Below, piece after piece: positions 1 to 7,486 of a stretch of DNA of 64,000 nucleotides. This DNA comes from an uncultured virus (IMG/VR IMGVR_UViG_3300044723_011150) (lineage: Duplodnaviria; Heunggongvirae; Uroviricota; Caudoviricetes), in IMG/VR virus record IMGVR_UViG_3300044723_011150; one strand, 5' to 3'. Within the stretch, counting starts at the first letter, position 1. The number at the start of each line of letters is the position of its first letter. A program made the position numbers and the translations under genes. The notes under the pieces are model-generated. The model made no database searches and was not told where the DNA came from. It was given only the letters and a program-made list of their open reading frames with translations.

Positions 1-92
1 TCCCAGTCGGCTTCGGAAAAAAAAGCGTAACCGGCTTCGCAGGCTTCTTCGTAGCAGGCTTCGGCGTTAGCTTCGTTTACATGGTGTGACAT
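1..92 (-). CDS. Partial small acidic hypothetical protein (MSHHVNEANAEACYEEACEAGYAFFSEADW...), runs off the window
   Basis: Manual translation; AAGGAG SD upstream of ATG at 92; lies downstream of the promoter at 137-166. Confidence 0.6.
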   Translation of the reverse strand, partial: MSHHVNEANAEACYEEACEAGYAFFSEADW

Positions 93-136
93 TTTCGCTC
101 TCCTTAAATGGGGCCAATCCCCGAGTCGATAAAAAC

Positions 137-166
137 ATTATGCCAGCTCGCGGCATAATGTGTCAA
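137..166 (-). promoter_or_regulatory. Sigma70-type promoter TTGACA-18-CATAAT with upstream A-tract
   Basis: Reverse complement reads aataaaaaaattgcTTGACAcattatgccgcgagctggCATAAT. Confidence 0.7.
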
Positions 167-737
167 GCAATTTTTTTATTCCTTTCGATTTATTTTCAAA
201 ATTAATTGTGTGCCAATCCGAGTCAATAACGCGCTCTTTTAGTATGCTCATGCGGTCATAATGTGAAAGCGCGTTTTCATCATTCTCCGAAAATTTCCAA
301 TAAGTTAGCGGAGAATTTTTGCGAGCCATGATGCGACGTTTTTGTTCATCCTCTGAAATCGAAAGCCAGAATTTAATGAAGCGCACCGGCTGGTTAGCTT
401 CCCAATTTTTATGTCGCCGCATAAAATTTTTGTATTGTCGCGGCGAGCACCATCCGTTGAGGTGTTGCACCATCGCGCGGCTATACCATGATCGATCGAA
501 AAACACGATGCGATTTTGCGTAGGCAATTTGGTTTCCCAATAGGGGAGCCATGCCGACATTGCGCGCTTGCTCGGTTTGTGAGAAAGGCAAACGCTGTAA
601 AAGTCGGGCGGTAGGTAGTGAGTCAATTCCCGAATGGTCGAGGATTTTCCAGCAGTATCGCGCCCTTCTAAGATTACCGCAACCGGAGCGGAGAGATTCT
701 CCGCGAGCCGGTTGAGTTTCGCTTGCAGTTTTTTCAC
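138..737 (-). CDS. ppk2: Polyphosphate kinase 2 (PPK2) family protein, compact single domain
   Basis: Walker A EGRDTAGKSS, Walker B FFDRSWY, KFWLSISEDEQKRR and WKFSEND motifs typical of PPK2; likely start is GTG at 737 overlapping the upstream TGA. Confidence 0.9.
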   Translation of the reverse strand: MKKLQAKLNRLAENLSAPVAVILEGRDTAGKSSTIRELTHYLPPDFYSVCLSHKPSKRAMSAWLPYWETKLPTQNRIVFFDRSWYSRAMVQHLNGWCSPRQYKNFMRRHKNWEANQPVRFIKFWLSISEDEQKRRIMARKNSPLTYWKFSENDENALSHYDRMSILKERVIDSDWHTINFENKSKGIKKLLDTLCRELA

Positions 738-1246
738 GCTAAAACCTCCGCATAATCTACAGGATAGGGGCAACCGTGAATCCCCTTCGCGCGTTTGTGA
801 TCGCGCACCGCCGCACCGATTGCCAAATTGGTCTTGCGGTACGAATTGGCAAAACGAGTCAGCGCAGTTTTTTGGTCGCAAAAGTAGAATTCACTTTTGC
901 CGCCAACGTCAAGCCAACGCTTGTCGTAGAGCATCGCTTTGTCTTCGCGATTCGCTTCGCGTGAGTGAACGAATTGCTCTGCCGCTAACACGGTTTCGTT
1001 ATCGCCGAGGCGCATACGCCAGATGCGAGCGTGTAATTCGCCGCGATTGTAACCGAAAGCGGTCTCGCAATCTTGCAAACACCAGCGAACGCGCTCGATG
1101 CCGCCATGCTTGCCATTCTTGTAAGCGTGACGAGCGTAGCCGTTTTTGAAAACACCAAATTCGAGCAATTCCCAAACGTAGTGCCAAGCCATGCCAGAAA
1201 TCGGGGTGATCTCTGGAATTGAGTCAGTGGATCGAATAATCATCAT
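734..1246 (-). CDS. Hypothetical protein
   Basis: 170-aa ORF overlapping both neighbours in a tightly packed operon; no family recognised. Confidence 0.7.
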   Translation of the reverse strand: MMIIRSTDSIPEITPISGMAWHYVWELLEFGVFKNGYARHAYKNGKHGGIERVRWCLQDCETAFGYNRGELHARIWRMRLGDNETVLAAEQFVHSREANREDKAMLYDKRWLDVGGKSEFYFCDQKTALTRFANSYRKTNLAIGAAVRDHKRAKGIHGCPYPVDYAEVLA

Positions 1247-1713
1247 GCCGCCCTCGCGTTAAGTTCCAGTGCATTATAAACCCGCAAACCCGCGCGAGTC
1301 AACAAATTTATGACATTTTTATTGTCATCCATCATTATGCTGAACATACAAAACCGCCGCCATGAGTGCGTTTTTGTAGCCGCATAGTTTCGCAGTGCTC
1401 GCAGTTTTAGCTCCGCATCAGGGGTGCGGTCGCCTTCCTTGCGGGATAGCATAGCGTCCCAAACCAACCCGTGATCCGCTAAAAAGCGATAGTCAGCCTC
1501 ACCCATAACGCGGGCAGTGCAGACGACGATCTCCGCGCCGCGCTCACGCTGTCGAATCCAGTGCCCCGCAAGCGGTAGCAATTTGTCACGCGCAATTTTT
1601 TCGGGCGTATTGTTTTCGATCCAATGGTCAAGGTCAAGATCACCATTTGGCAAGGTAGCTTGACGATGGCGAGAGTCGATCACAGTGTGATCTAAATCAT
1701 AGATAAAGCGCAT
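1243..1713 (-). CDS. HAD-superfamily phosphatase (PNK 3'-phosphatase-like)
   Basis: Motif I YDLDHT, motif II CTAR, motif III K, motif IV MMDD; GGAGGA SD before ATG at 1713. Confidence 0.8.
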   Translation of the reverse strand: MRFIYDLDHTVIDSRHRQATLPNGDLDLDHWIENNTPEKIARDKLLPLAGHWIRQRERGAEIVVCTARVMGEADYRFLADHGLVWDAMLSRKEGDRTPDAELKLRALRNYAATKTHSWRRFCMFSIMMDDNKNVINLLTRAGLRVYNALELNARAA

Positions 1714-1897
1714 AGAAATATCCTCCAATGCCGACAATGTTAAGTAAAACCAGATTGTAGCATTTATTTGCAATCGCTTGCAATGTTAATAATGCCAGTC
1801 CGACAATGGCAAGATATTTTCCTGCGTTTGTGTCGATGATGAAAGGAGCCGCCATCATGCAAGCGGCTCCGATCCAAGCGGCAAGCGCGACTATCAT
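1697..1897 (-). CDS. Small multi-pass membrane protein
   Basis: 66 aa with about 3 hydrophobic segments; ATGA overlap with the A2-like gene. Confidence 0.7.
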   Translation of the reverse strand: MIVALAAWIGAACMMAAPFIIDTNAGKYLAIVGLALLTLQAIANKCYNLVLLNIVGIGGYFYALYL

Positions 1898-2205
1898 TGG
1901 ATAGCCGCAAGCAAGCCAGAAAGAGAAAGCGCAGTCGCTTTCTCTAAACCGTCAAGGGTGGATGCGTCAGCATCCAGCGCCTTAGCGATGGCCGCAACAT
2001 AGTCGGCCTTGCTAGTGGCGCGAGTGCCCTTGATGGGCTTTTTGGCGACCGCGTAGTCAAGCCCAAGCGACTTGATTTTAGCGATCACGCTACGCTTGGA
2101 TTGACCAAGCTCGTCAGCAAGCTGACCGGCGAGAGTGCCGTTCAGTGTGCCGTATTGCTTGGCGGCATTTTGCAGTGCCGCGACCTGCTTTTCAGTGTAA
2201 GGCAT
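1894..2205 (-). CDS. A2: T5 A2-like pre-early DNA-binding protein
   Basis: MPYTEKQ...SKRSVIAKIKSLGLDY...SKADYVAAIAK...LDGLEKAT resembles T5 A2 as recalled (SVRSKL...KAHYVRVIAK...LASLESAK); AAGGAGG SD before ATG at 2205. Confidence 0.7.
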   Translation of the reverse strand: MPYTEKQVAALQNAAKQYGTLNGTLAGQLADELGQSKRSVIAKIKSLGLDYAVAKKPIKGTRATSKADYVAAIAKALDADASTLDGLEKATALSLSGLLAAIQ

Positions 2206-2255
2206 AGAGCCTCCTTTTGTTGAAGTCGAGCGCCCATCGCTCAACCTTGAAATGA

Positions 2256-2300
2256 ATTGTCTCACAGTTTGCCGAGAAAGTCCAAACATTTTTTTGTGAA
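2256..2300 (-). promoter_or_regulatory. Sigma70-type promoter TGGACT-17-GACAAT for the A2 operon
   Basis: Reverse complement ttcacaaaaaaatgttTGGACTttctcggcaaactgtgaGACAAT. Confidence 0.55.
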
Positions 2301-2303
2301 ATA

Positions 2304-2408
2304 TTACCATTTTCGCGCGCTCGGTCGTTGATCCCAAATGCCCCACGCAATAACGATTAGCGCGGGTGCCGCGAGTCCGAGAAAGATAAAAATTTGCAGT
2401 GCAGTCAT
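2304..2408 (-). CDS. 34-aa single-pass membrane peptide (MTALQIFIFLGLAAPALIVIAWGIWDQRPSARKW), not in the ORF track
   Basis: Manual translation; GAGG SD; promoter-like element at 2437-2466. Confidence 0.6.
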   Translation of the reverse strand: MTALQIFIFLGLAAPALIVIAWGIWDQRPSARKW

Positions 2409-2436
2409 GGCAAGCGCCTCTCTATTTAATGCAAGC

Positions 2437-2466
2437 ATTGTAACCCATCCTGGGCCATGATGTACA
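2437..2466 (-). promoter_or_regulatory. Putative promoter TGTACA-18-TACAAT
   Basis: Reverse complement TGTACAtcatggcccaggatgggtTACAAT with AT-rich upstream sequence. Confidence 0.45.
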
Positions 2467-2536
2467 GAAAAATAATTGTAAATAATTCACAAAAAATGCT
2501 TGCCCGCCAGGCCTGCTTGCTGTATAGGGGGGCGGT

Positions 2537-2555
2537 AATGAGACTCATTCTCATT
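2537..2555. promoter_or_regulatory. Fur-box-like 9-1-9 inverted repeat AATGAGACT-C-ATTCTCATT
   Basis: One mismatch from the perfect palindrome AATGAGAATnATTCTCATT, a common gammaproteobacterial Fur box form. Confidence 0.6.
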
Positions 2556-2556
2556 T

Positions 2557-2570
2557 AGCGCGGCCGCGCT
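2557..2570. repeat. Perfect 14-bp GC palindrome AGCGCGGCCGCGCT
   Basis: Read directly; flanked by a G-run (2527-2532) and a C-run (2571-2575). Confidence 0.9.
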
Positions 2571-2642
2571 CCCCCACACGTACCACTTGGGAAAAATTGC
2601 AAAAACTTTAAACGGTGTTTTCATAAAATTGTAACAATCTTG

Positions 2643-2651
2643 TGATATAAT
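2643..2651 (+). promoter_or_regulatory. Extended -10 promoter element TGaTATAAT upstream of the beta-barrel gene
   Basis: TGATATAAT about 45 bp before ATG at 2695. Confidence 0.5.
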
Positions 2652-2694
2652 ATGTTCTGTGGTAAAAAATTTCCACAAGCAAAAGGAGATTCTT

Positions 2695-3276
2695 ATGGCA
2701 CTTTCACGATATGAAAAAACGGGATTGACAATCAGCTTAATAGTTATCACACTAATTGCAACTTTATTTCCAATGCTACTTTTAGCAGATGAATCCGAAC
2801 ATAATTACAAAGCAAAAAAAGGAGACTGGGAATATACTTTTCGTCATCGTGAAGGTGGAAAGCATATCGAAATAGGAAATCGAATAGGCCCTATTGAAGT
2901 CATGTACCGTTATGCAGACTTAGTAAATACTCAGGAAAATCGCATAAAATTTACAGGAGAGTTTTTCTCGTACAAAGACTTAGTTTTTGAAGGACGTATG
3001 GAATATCGCCATTTCAACAACAAGGAATCACACTGGCGATACCGTTTTATTGGCGAGTATACTCCTCACTTATACGGGCCTCTCTATCTCTATGCAAAGT
3101 GGCAACCCCGCTGGAGCTTTAAAGATTCTGGTACAAAGTTTGATGCTCGCGACCAGCTGGGAATTACATACAAATATCGTAACTGGAAAATTACTCCTTT
3201 TATAGAGCGCAAAGCAATGGAAGGTTATGAGTATCGTCAAACTGTCTATGGAACTCACTTAGAAGTTAAATTATAG
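2695..3276 (+). CDS. Putative small outer-membrane beta-barrel (porin-like) protein
   Basis: AAGGAG SD; signal-peptide-like N-terminus ending LLLA/DE; about 10-12 short alternating aromatic/polar strands rich in Arg (EGRMEYRHF, HWRYRFIGEY, RDQLGITYKY, TVYGTHLEVKL). Confidence 0.6.
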   Translation: MALSRYEKTGLTISLIVITLIATLFPMLLLADESEHNYKAKKGDWEYTFRHREGGKHIEIGNRIGPIEVMYRYADLVNTQENRIKFTGEFFSYKDLVFEGRMEYRHFNNKESHWRYRFIGEYTPHLYGPLYLYAKWQPRWSFKDSGTKFDARDQLGITYKYRNWKITPFIERKAMEGYEYRQTVYGTHLEVKL

Positions 3277-3297
3277 AATCCTACTTAAAAAAATTTC

Positions 3298-3326
3298 TTG
3301 ACATTGTACCTCCAGCTCGATATAAT
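3298..3326 (+). promoter_or_regulatory. Consensus sigma70 promoter TTGACA-17-TATAAT
   Basis: aaaaaaatttcTTGACAttgtacctccagctcgaTATAAT. Confidence 0.85.
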
Positions 3327-3387
3327 TTAACCTAAAATACCCTCAAGGAGAAAATTTAGCCAAGGACTTTTTGTCAGGATTTTTAAT

Positions 3388-3855
3388 ATGATTGAGATAG
3401 CTACGGCAATATCCTTAGCTAGTTCTGCATATGGTGCAATTAAAAAAGCGATGGAAACTGGTCAAGAAGTTGAAGACATGGTTGGATACTTTGGAAAGTT
3501 TTTTGACGCCAAAGACCAGCTTTCCGAAGCCAATATGAAAGCAAGCTCTCCTTCTTTTGTAGGAAAACTATTCAACTCTAGCAGCGTAGAGGCACAGGCT
3601 CTCGAAGTTACTGCCGCTCGTCATAAAATTATGGCAATCGAAAAAGAACTTCGAGAGTTTCTTCTCTATACTGGACAGATCGAATTTTACGAAGATATGA
3701 TGAAAGAGCGACGAGCAATTCGTCTTGCTCGTGCCGAAGCAGCAAAAGCCGCAGCAGAAAGAAAAGCCTTCTGGATTGATGCAGCCGCAGTTACAGCAGG
3801 ACTGGCGGTAGTCATAGGTATCGGAATCGCCTTCATAAGTATAATAGCACATTAA
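3388..3855 (+). CDS. Hypothetical helical protein with C-terminal transmembrane anchor
   Basis: 155-aa ORF with its own promoter and a hydrophobic C-terminus. Confidence 0.8.
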   Translation: MIEIATAISLASSAYGAIKKAMETGQEVEDMVGYFGKFFDAKDQLSEANMKASSPSFVGKLFNSSSVEAQALEVTAARHKIMAIEKELREFLLYTGQIEFYEDMMKERRAIRLARAEAAKAAAERKAFWIDAAAVTAGLAVVIGIGIAFISIIAH

Positions 3856-3864
3856 AAATATTTC

Positions 3865-3894
3865 TTGACATTCAAGGTATTATGAGGCTATAAT
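3865..3894 (+). promoter_or_regulatory. Sigma70 promoter TTGACA-18-TATAAT
   Basis: TTGACAttcaaggtattatgaggcTATAAT. Confidence 0.8.
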
Positions 3895-3919
3895 ATACTC
3901 TTAAAATTTGGAGAATTAA

Positions 3920-4531
3920 ATGAGAGTATTGGTGGCCTGTGAATATTCGGGAAGAGTACGAGACGCATTTACTGCGCGTGGGCATTTCGCTATGTCGTGT
4001 GATATATTACCGACAGAGAGTGAAGGTCCTCACTACCAGGGCAATGTCCTGGACATATTGAACGACAACTGGGATTTGATGATTGCTCATCCTCCCTGCA
4101 CATATTTAGCATCTTCAGGCTTGCACTGGAATAAAAAGAGACCGGAGCGAGCACTTAAAACAGAAGATGCGCTAAAGTTTATTACGACCCTTTGGAAGGC
4201 ACCAATACCAAAAGTGGCTATTGAGAATCCAGTAGGTTGTATCAACACTCGACTCAAGTTTATGCCCAAGCCTCAATATATTCATCCCTATATGTTTGGA
4301 GATGATGCTAGCAAGAAAACAGGGCTATGGATGAGAGGCTTGGCTAAACTTGAACCTACCGACATGATTCCGCCACGAATAATTCAGTCTCCATCTGGTC
4401 GTAAGTACCAGCGATGGAGTAATCAGTATGACTGTGGTCGGGACAACACACCAAACACTCCCAACCGAGCAAAAGAACGTTCATTAACTTATATGGGCAT
4501 AGCTCTCGCTATGGCTGAGCAGTGGGGATAA
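3920..4531 (+). CDS. Phage DNA cytosine methyltransferase-like protein
   Basis: Catalytic HPPC (motif IV), IENPV (motif VI), N-terminal VLVACEYSG and SCDI, C-terminal RSLTYMGIALAMAEQW typical of short phage C5-MTases. Confidence 0.75.
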   Translation: MRVLVACEYSGRVRDAFTARGHFAMSCDILPTESEGPHYQGNVLDILNDNWDLMIAHPPCTYLASSGLHWNKKRPERALKTEDALKFITTLWKAPIPKVAIENPVGCINTRLKFMPKPQYIHPYMFGDDASKKTGLWMRGLAKLEPTDMIPPRIIQSPSGRKYQRWSNQYDCGRDNTPNTPNRAKERSLTYMGIALAMAEQWG

Positions 4532-4532
4532 T

Positions 4533-4829
4533 ATGATAACTTGGACTATCGAAAGCTTGGAGTATACGAATGAGTACCCTGAATACCCAAAGCTCGTAAA
4601 TTTTATACATTTAAGGGCAAAACATTTAGCGGGGCCAGTACATTACACTTGCTTTCAAGTACCCTTACCTTCAGAAGGGCATACTTATGTTGCTTTTGAC
4701 GATATAACAAAAGAATGGGCAGTAGATCTATGGCTTTCTATAGATGCTTCTCGAGGTTCCGCAGTAGAAGTATACCTAAATGAACTTGCAGATTCTACAG
4801 AAAAAGGCCAAGAGCTTCCTTGGGCTTAA
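4533..4829 (+). CDS. Small tail-fibre-associated hypothetical protein
   Basis: MITWTIESLE...FDDITKEWAVDLW...LPW pattern commonly seen beside fibre genes. Confidence 0.6.
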   Translation: MITWTIESLEYTNEYPEYPKLVNFIHLRAKHLAGPVHYTCFQVPLPSEGHTYVAFDDITKEWAVDLWLSIDASRGSAVEVYLNELADSTEKGQELPWA

Positions 4830-4833
4830 TTAA

Positions 4834-7485
4834 ATGGCGAATGTAACCACCAGCACTGTAATACTTCAGCCGCTTTCTACTTTAAGTGGAACTTATCCTT
4901 CATCTACAAATGGATCGGCAGGATTTACAACTGTTACAGTAAATTATGGTGACAATGTAATTATTCCCATTCGTAGTGGAAGTACAACAGGAGCTGCTGG
5001 CACTTCAAACTACGGTTTTTCACCGAATGGCACTACTCAAACTGGAGGAACACTTAGCTTTCCTGGAACTACTTATTCAAGTAGTAATACTACAATTAAT
5101 GCGACTGTTTCTGGTGTAACAACTGATGGACTTGTAAGCTTTTGGTGTCAACCTTCAAATGGAGGAAGTTCTGTAGGTTGGAGAGCTCGAGTCCAAGTAA
5201 ATGTAAACTTAGATACTACTATTAGCTTAAACAGCACCAGTATTTCTTTAACCTCAGGTGCTACATCTTACGCGAATGGCTTAACTGGAGGCGGTGCAGG
5301 TACAATTTACTATGTTTTTAGCGTCTCAAATATTGCCAATGGTAGTTACTTAGATGCTTTACGAGCTGGAGGAGACTCTCGTTATATAGCAAGAACTTGG
5401 ACTACAGCTACGAGCAAGCCTTTTTCTACAGATGGTGTTACTGCTACAATTACAAATGGATTACCTAGTTCTGGTTCGAGTACTTTTTACATTTATGCAG
5501 CAAATCTTTATGGACAGAATAGTCAATATTTAGGGTACTCTTACACTGTATCTGCTCCAGCAGCTCAAGCTCCCACTGTATCTGCTACAAAAGCAATTAT
5601 TCCAAATGGGTTTGGACTTTATTCAAATCCAACAGGCACTACTTCGGGTACAGTTACTTATCAATGGAGTACAACGGGAGGTGGGCAAAACAGTCAAGGA
5701 TCATACTCTACTGGCTATACTTCCAATCAAACTTTAGGGGTTGGTACAGAGTGGGTTGGAACAACTTGGACTTGTCAAGCACGAGCAACTATAGACGGTT
5801 CGACTTTTGTTTATAGCGGAACAAGCTCTACAACTCTTCCTACTTATTCTGTAACTGCACCAACTTCAATACAAGAAGGCACACAAGGAAACTTTTCGAA
5901 TAGCGCCACAAATGGATTGGGGCCAATTTATTACCAAGTTACAACAGCAAGTGGCGGAGACTTTGCGACTTCTACAGGACAGATATTTACAAGTACATTT
6001 GGCGTGACTCCTACATCGGACGGTATTACAGAAGGAAATGAAACCGCAACAGTAAAATTGTATATTAATAATACCTTTAATTCTTTAAATTACATACATG
6101 CAGAAGATACTTTTTTAATTACAGATCCTCCCGCAACTCCTACAGCGCCTGTAGTTAGTAATACGCAGACTTTTGCAGGAACTGAGTCTGCAACTACTAC
6201 TTGTACGATTGCACTCACAAGCTCCGGCACAAATGGAACACTCGAATATAATGTAACTACAAGTACAACTGTTCCTACAAGTGGGTGGCAAACAAGTGCA
6301 ACAGTGAGTGTAAGTCGAGGAACTTCCTACTATTTTTGGGCTCGCCGCGGAGCAGGTTACGAAGATCGTACTGATAGTGCAATTGCTGTTCCATATCTAC
6401 CAATCTCTGACAATACAATTACTATTGGGTTACCTACAGATAAAAATGGGAGTCAATTAAGTGCAAATGTATCAGGAGTTTATGTAATTCCGAACTCTTA
6501 TGGAACTTCTGCAGGCGATAATATACTTATACCTTACTCTGACGGGGGCTCAGTAGATCAATATAGAGTAGTTTCATATGACACTCAAAATCGTTGGCTA
6601 GACACCCGAAATGGAACAAGTGGTACCTTTGTGCTCGAAATGAATAGTGGTGGAGGAAACTACTCTGAGCTTCCTGCAGCAGGGCAGACTTGGGAATATG
6701 AATTTGAAGGAAGACGCTTGCCGGCATCTGGAGGAGACCCGAGCACTGCTGATTCAGTGTGGGTAAGTGTTGATGGATCTCAAGTAAGAAGATTATTTAG
6801 ACAGCCCGCAACTTCTTACAGCGTATCTTCCCCAAATTCTGTAAATGAAGGGCAATCATTAACATTTACTATAACAACAACAAGTGTAACAAATGGAACA
6901 ACTGTTGCATGGACATTATCCGGGCTGCAATCAGGAGATTATACTACTAATGATTCCTCGCCTGCAACGATTCAGGCTAACTCAGCTACTGTAGTTTTTA
7001 ATATTGTTAATGATAATGTTGCAGATGGAAATAAAACAGCAACTCTAACTCTAGCTGCCACTGATAGTAATGGTGATTCTACGGGGTCTCCTTCAAGTAG
7101 CACAACCGTAGTAGATACTTCTAATCCTGGCGGTGGAGGTACGGGAGGAGGTACGGGAGGAGGCTCTGCTAATACATATGGACTTGAAATACGAAATTCA
7201 ACAGGTACACAAACAATAATTGATGATACTTCTCGTTTAACAAATTTTTTAGCTAGTGATAGTATAAATACAAATAGTCAATCTTCTAAAACAATGTTTA
7301 CTAATTTTGACTGCAGCGAAAAAACAGAAACAGGATTTCTTGTAACTTGGAGCGGCGCCTTGTACAGCTCTCCTACTATAACACGAAGGTCTTCGGCTCT
7401 TGGAGGAATAACAGTAACAAAAAATACTAATGATACAAGTTCTAGTACCTCAGGAGTAGCTGTAATAGAGTTGGTGAGGTACTAA
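4834..7485 (+). CDS. Putative receptor-binding/tail-tip adhesin with Calx-beta/Ig-like domains
   Basis: Ser/Thr/Gly-rich beta protein; two (S/I)xEG...D...EG.(E/K)TAT Calx-beta-like units; Gly linker then C-terminal YGLEIRNSTG module; located just upstream of terS like T5 oad (pb5). Confidence 0.65.
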   Translation: MANVTTSTVILQPLSTLSGTYPSSTNGSAGFTTVTVNYGDNVIIPIRSGSTTGAAGTSNYGFSPNGTTQTGGTLSFPGTTYSSSNTTINATVSGVTTDGLVSFWCQPSNGGSSVGWRARVQVNVNLDTTISLNSTSISLTSGATSYANGLTGGGAGTIYYVFSVSNIANGSYLDALRAGGDSRYIARTWTTATSKPFSTDGVTATITNGLPSSGSSTFYIYAANLYGQNSQYLGYSYTVSAPAAQAPTVSATKAIIPNGFGLYSNPTGTTSGTVTYQWSTTGGGQNSQGSYSTGYTSNQTLGVGTEWVGTTWTCQARATIDGSTFVYSGTSSTTLPTYSVTAPTSIQEGTQGNFSNSATNGLGPIYYQVTTASGGDFATSTGQIFTSTFGVTPTSDGITEGNETATVKLYINNTFNSLNYIHAEDTFLITDPPATPTAPVVSNTQTFAGTESATTTCTIALTSSGTNGTLEYNVTTSTTVPTSGWQTSATVSVSRGTSYYFWARRGAGYEDRTDSAIAVPYLPISDNTITIGLPTDKNGSQLSANVSGVYVIPNSYGTSAGDNILIPYSDGGSVDQYRVVSYDTQNRWLDTRNGTSGTFVLEMNSGGGNYSELPAAGQTWEYEFEGRRLPASGGDPSTADSVWVSVDGSQVRRLFRQPATSYSVSSPNSVNEGQSLTFTITTTSVTNGTTVAWTLSGLQSGDYTTNDSSPATIQANSATVVFNIVNDNVADGNKTATLTLAATDSNGDSTGSPSSSTTVVDTSNPGGGGTGGGTGGGSANTYGLEIRNSTGTQTIIDDTSRLTNFLASDSINTNSQSSKTMFTNFDCSEKTETGFLVTWSGALYSSPTITRRSSALGGITVTKNTNDTSSSTSGVAVIELVRY

Positions 7486-7486
7486 A

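Noticed and set aside
738..881. N-terminal extension of ppk2 in the ORF track (247 aa), and similar extensions at 1714-1773, 2206-2346, 20724-20849 and 58175-58264
   Set aside because: They overlap upstream genes or promoters; better starts with SD or stop/start coupling exist downstream
1..2580. GC-richer left block as host DNA or a chimeric contig
   Set aside because: It contains an A2-like gene, T5-style promoters and tightly packed small phage-like ORFs, matching T5 pre-early organisation; chimerism is not fully excluded without reads
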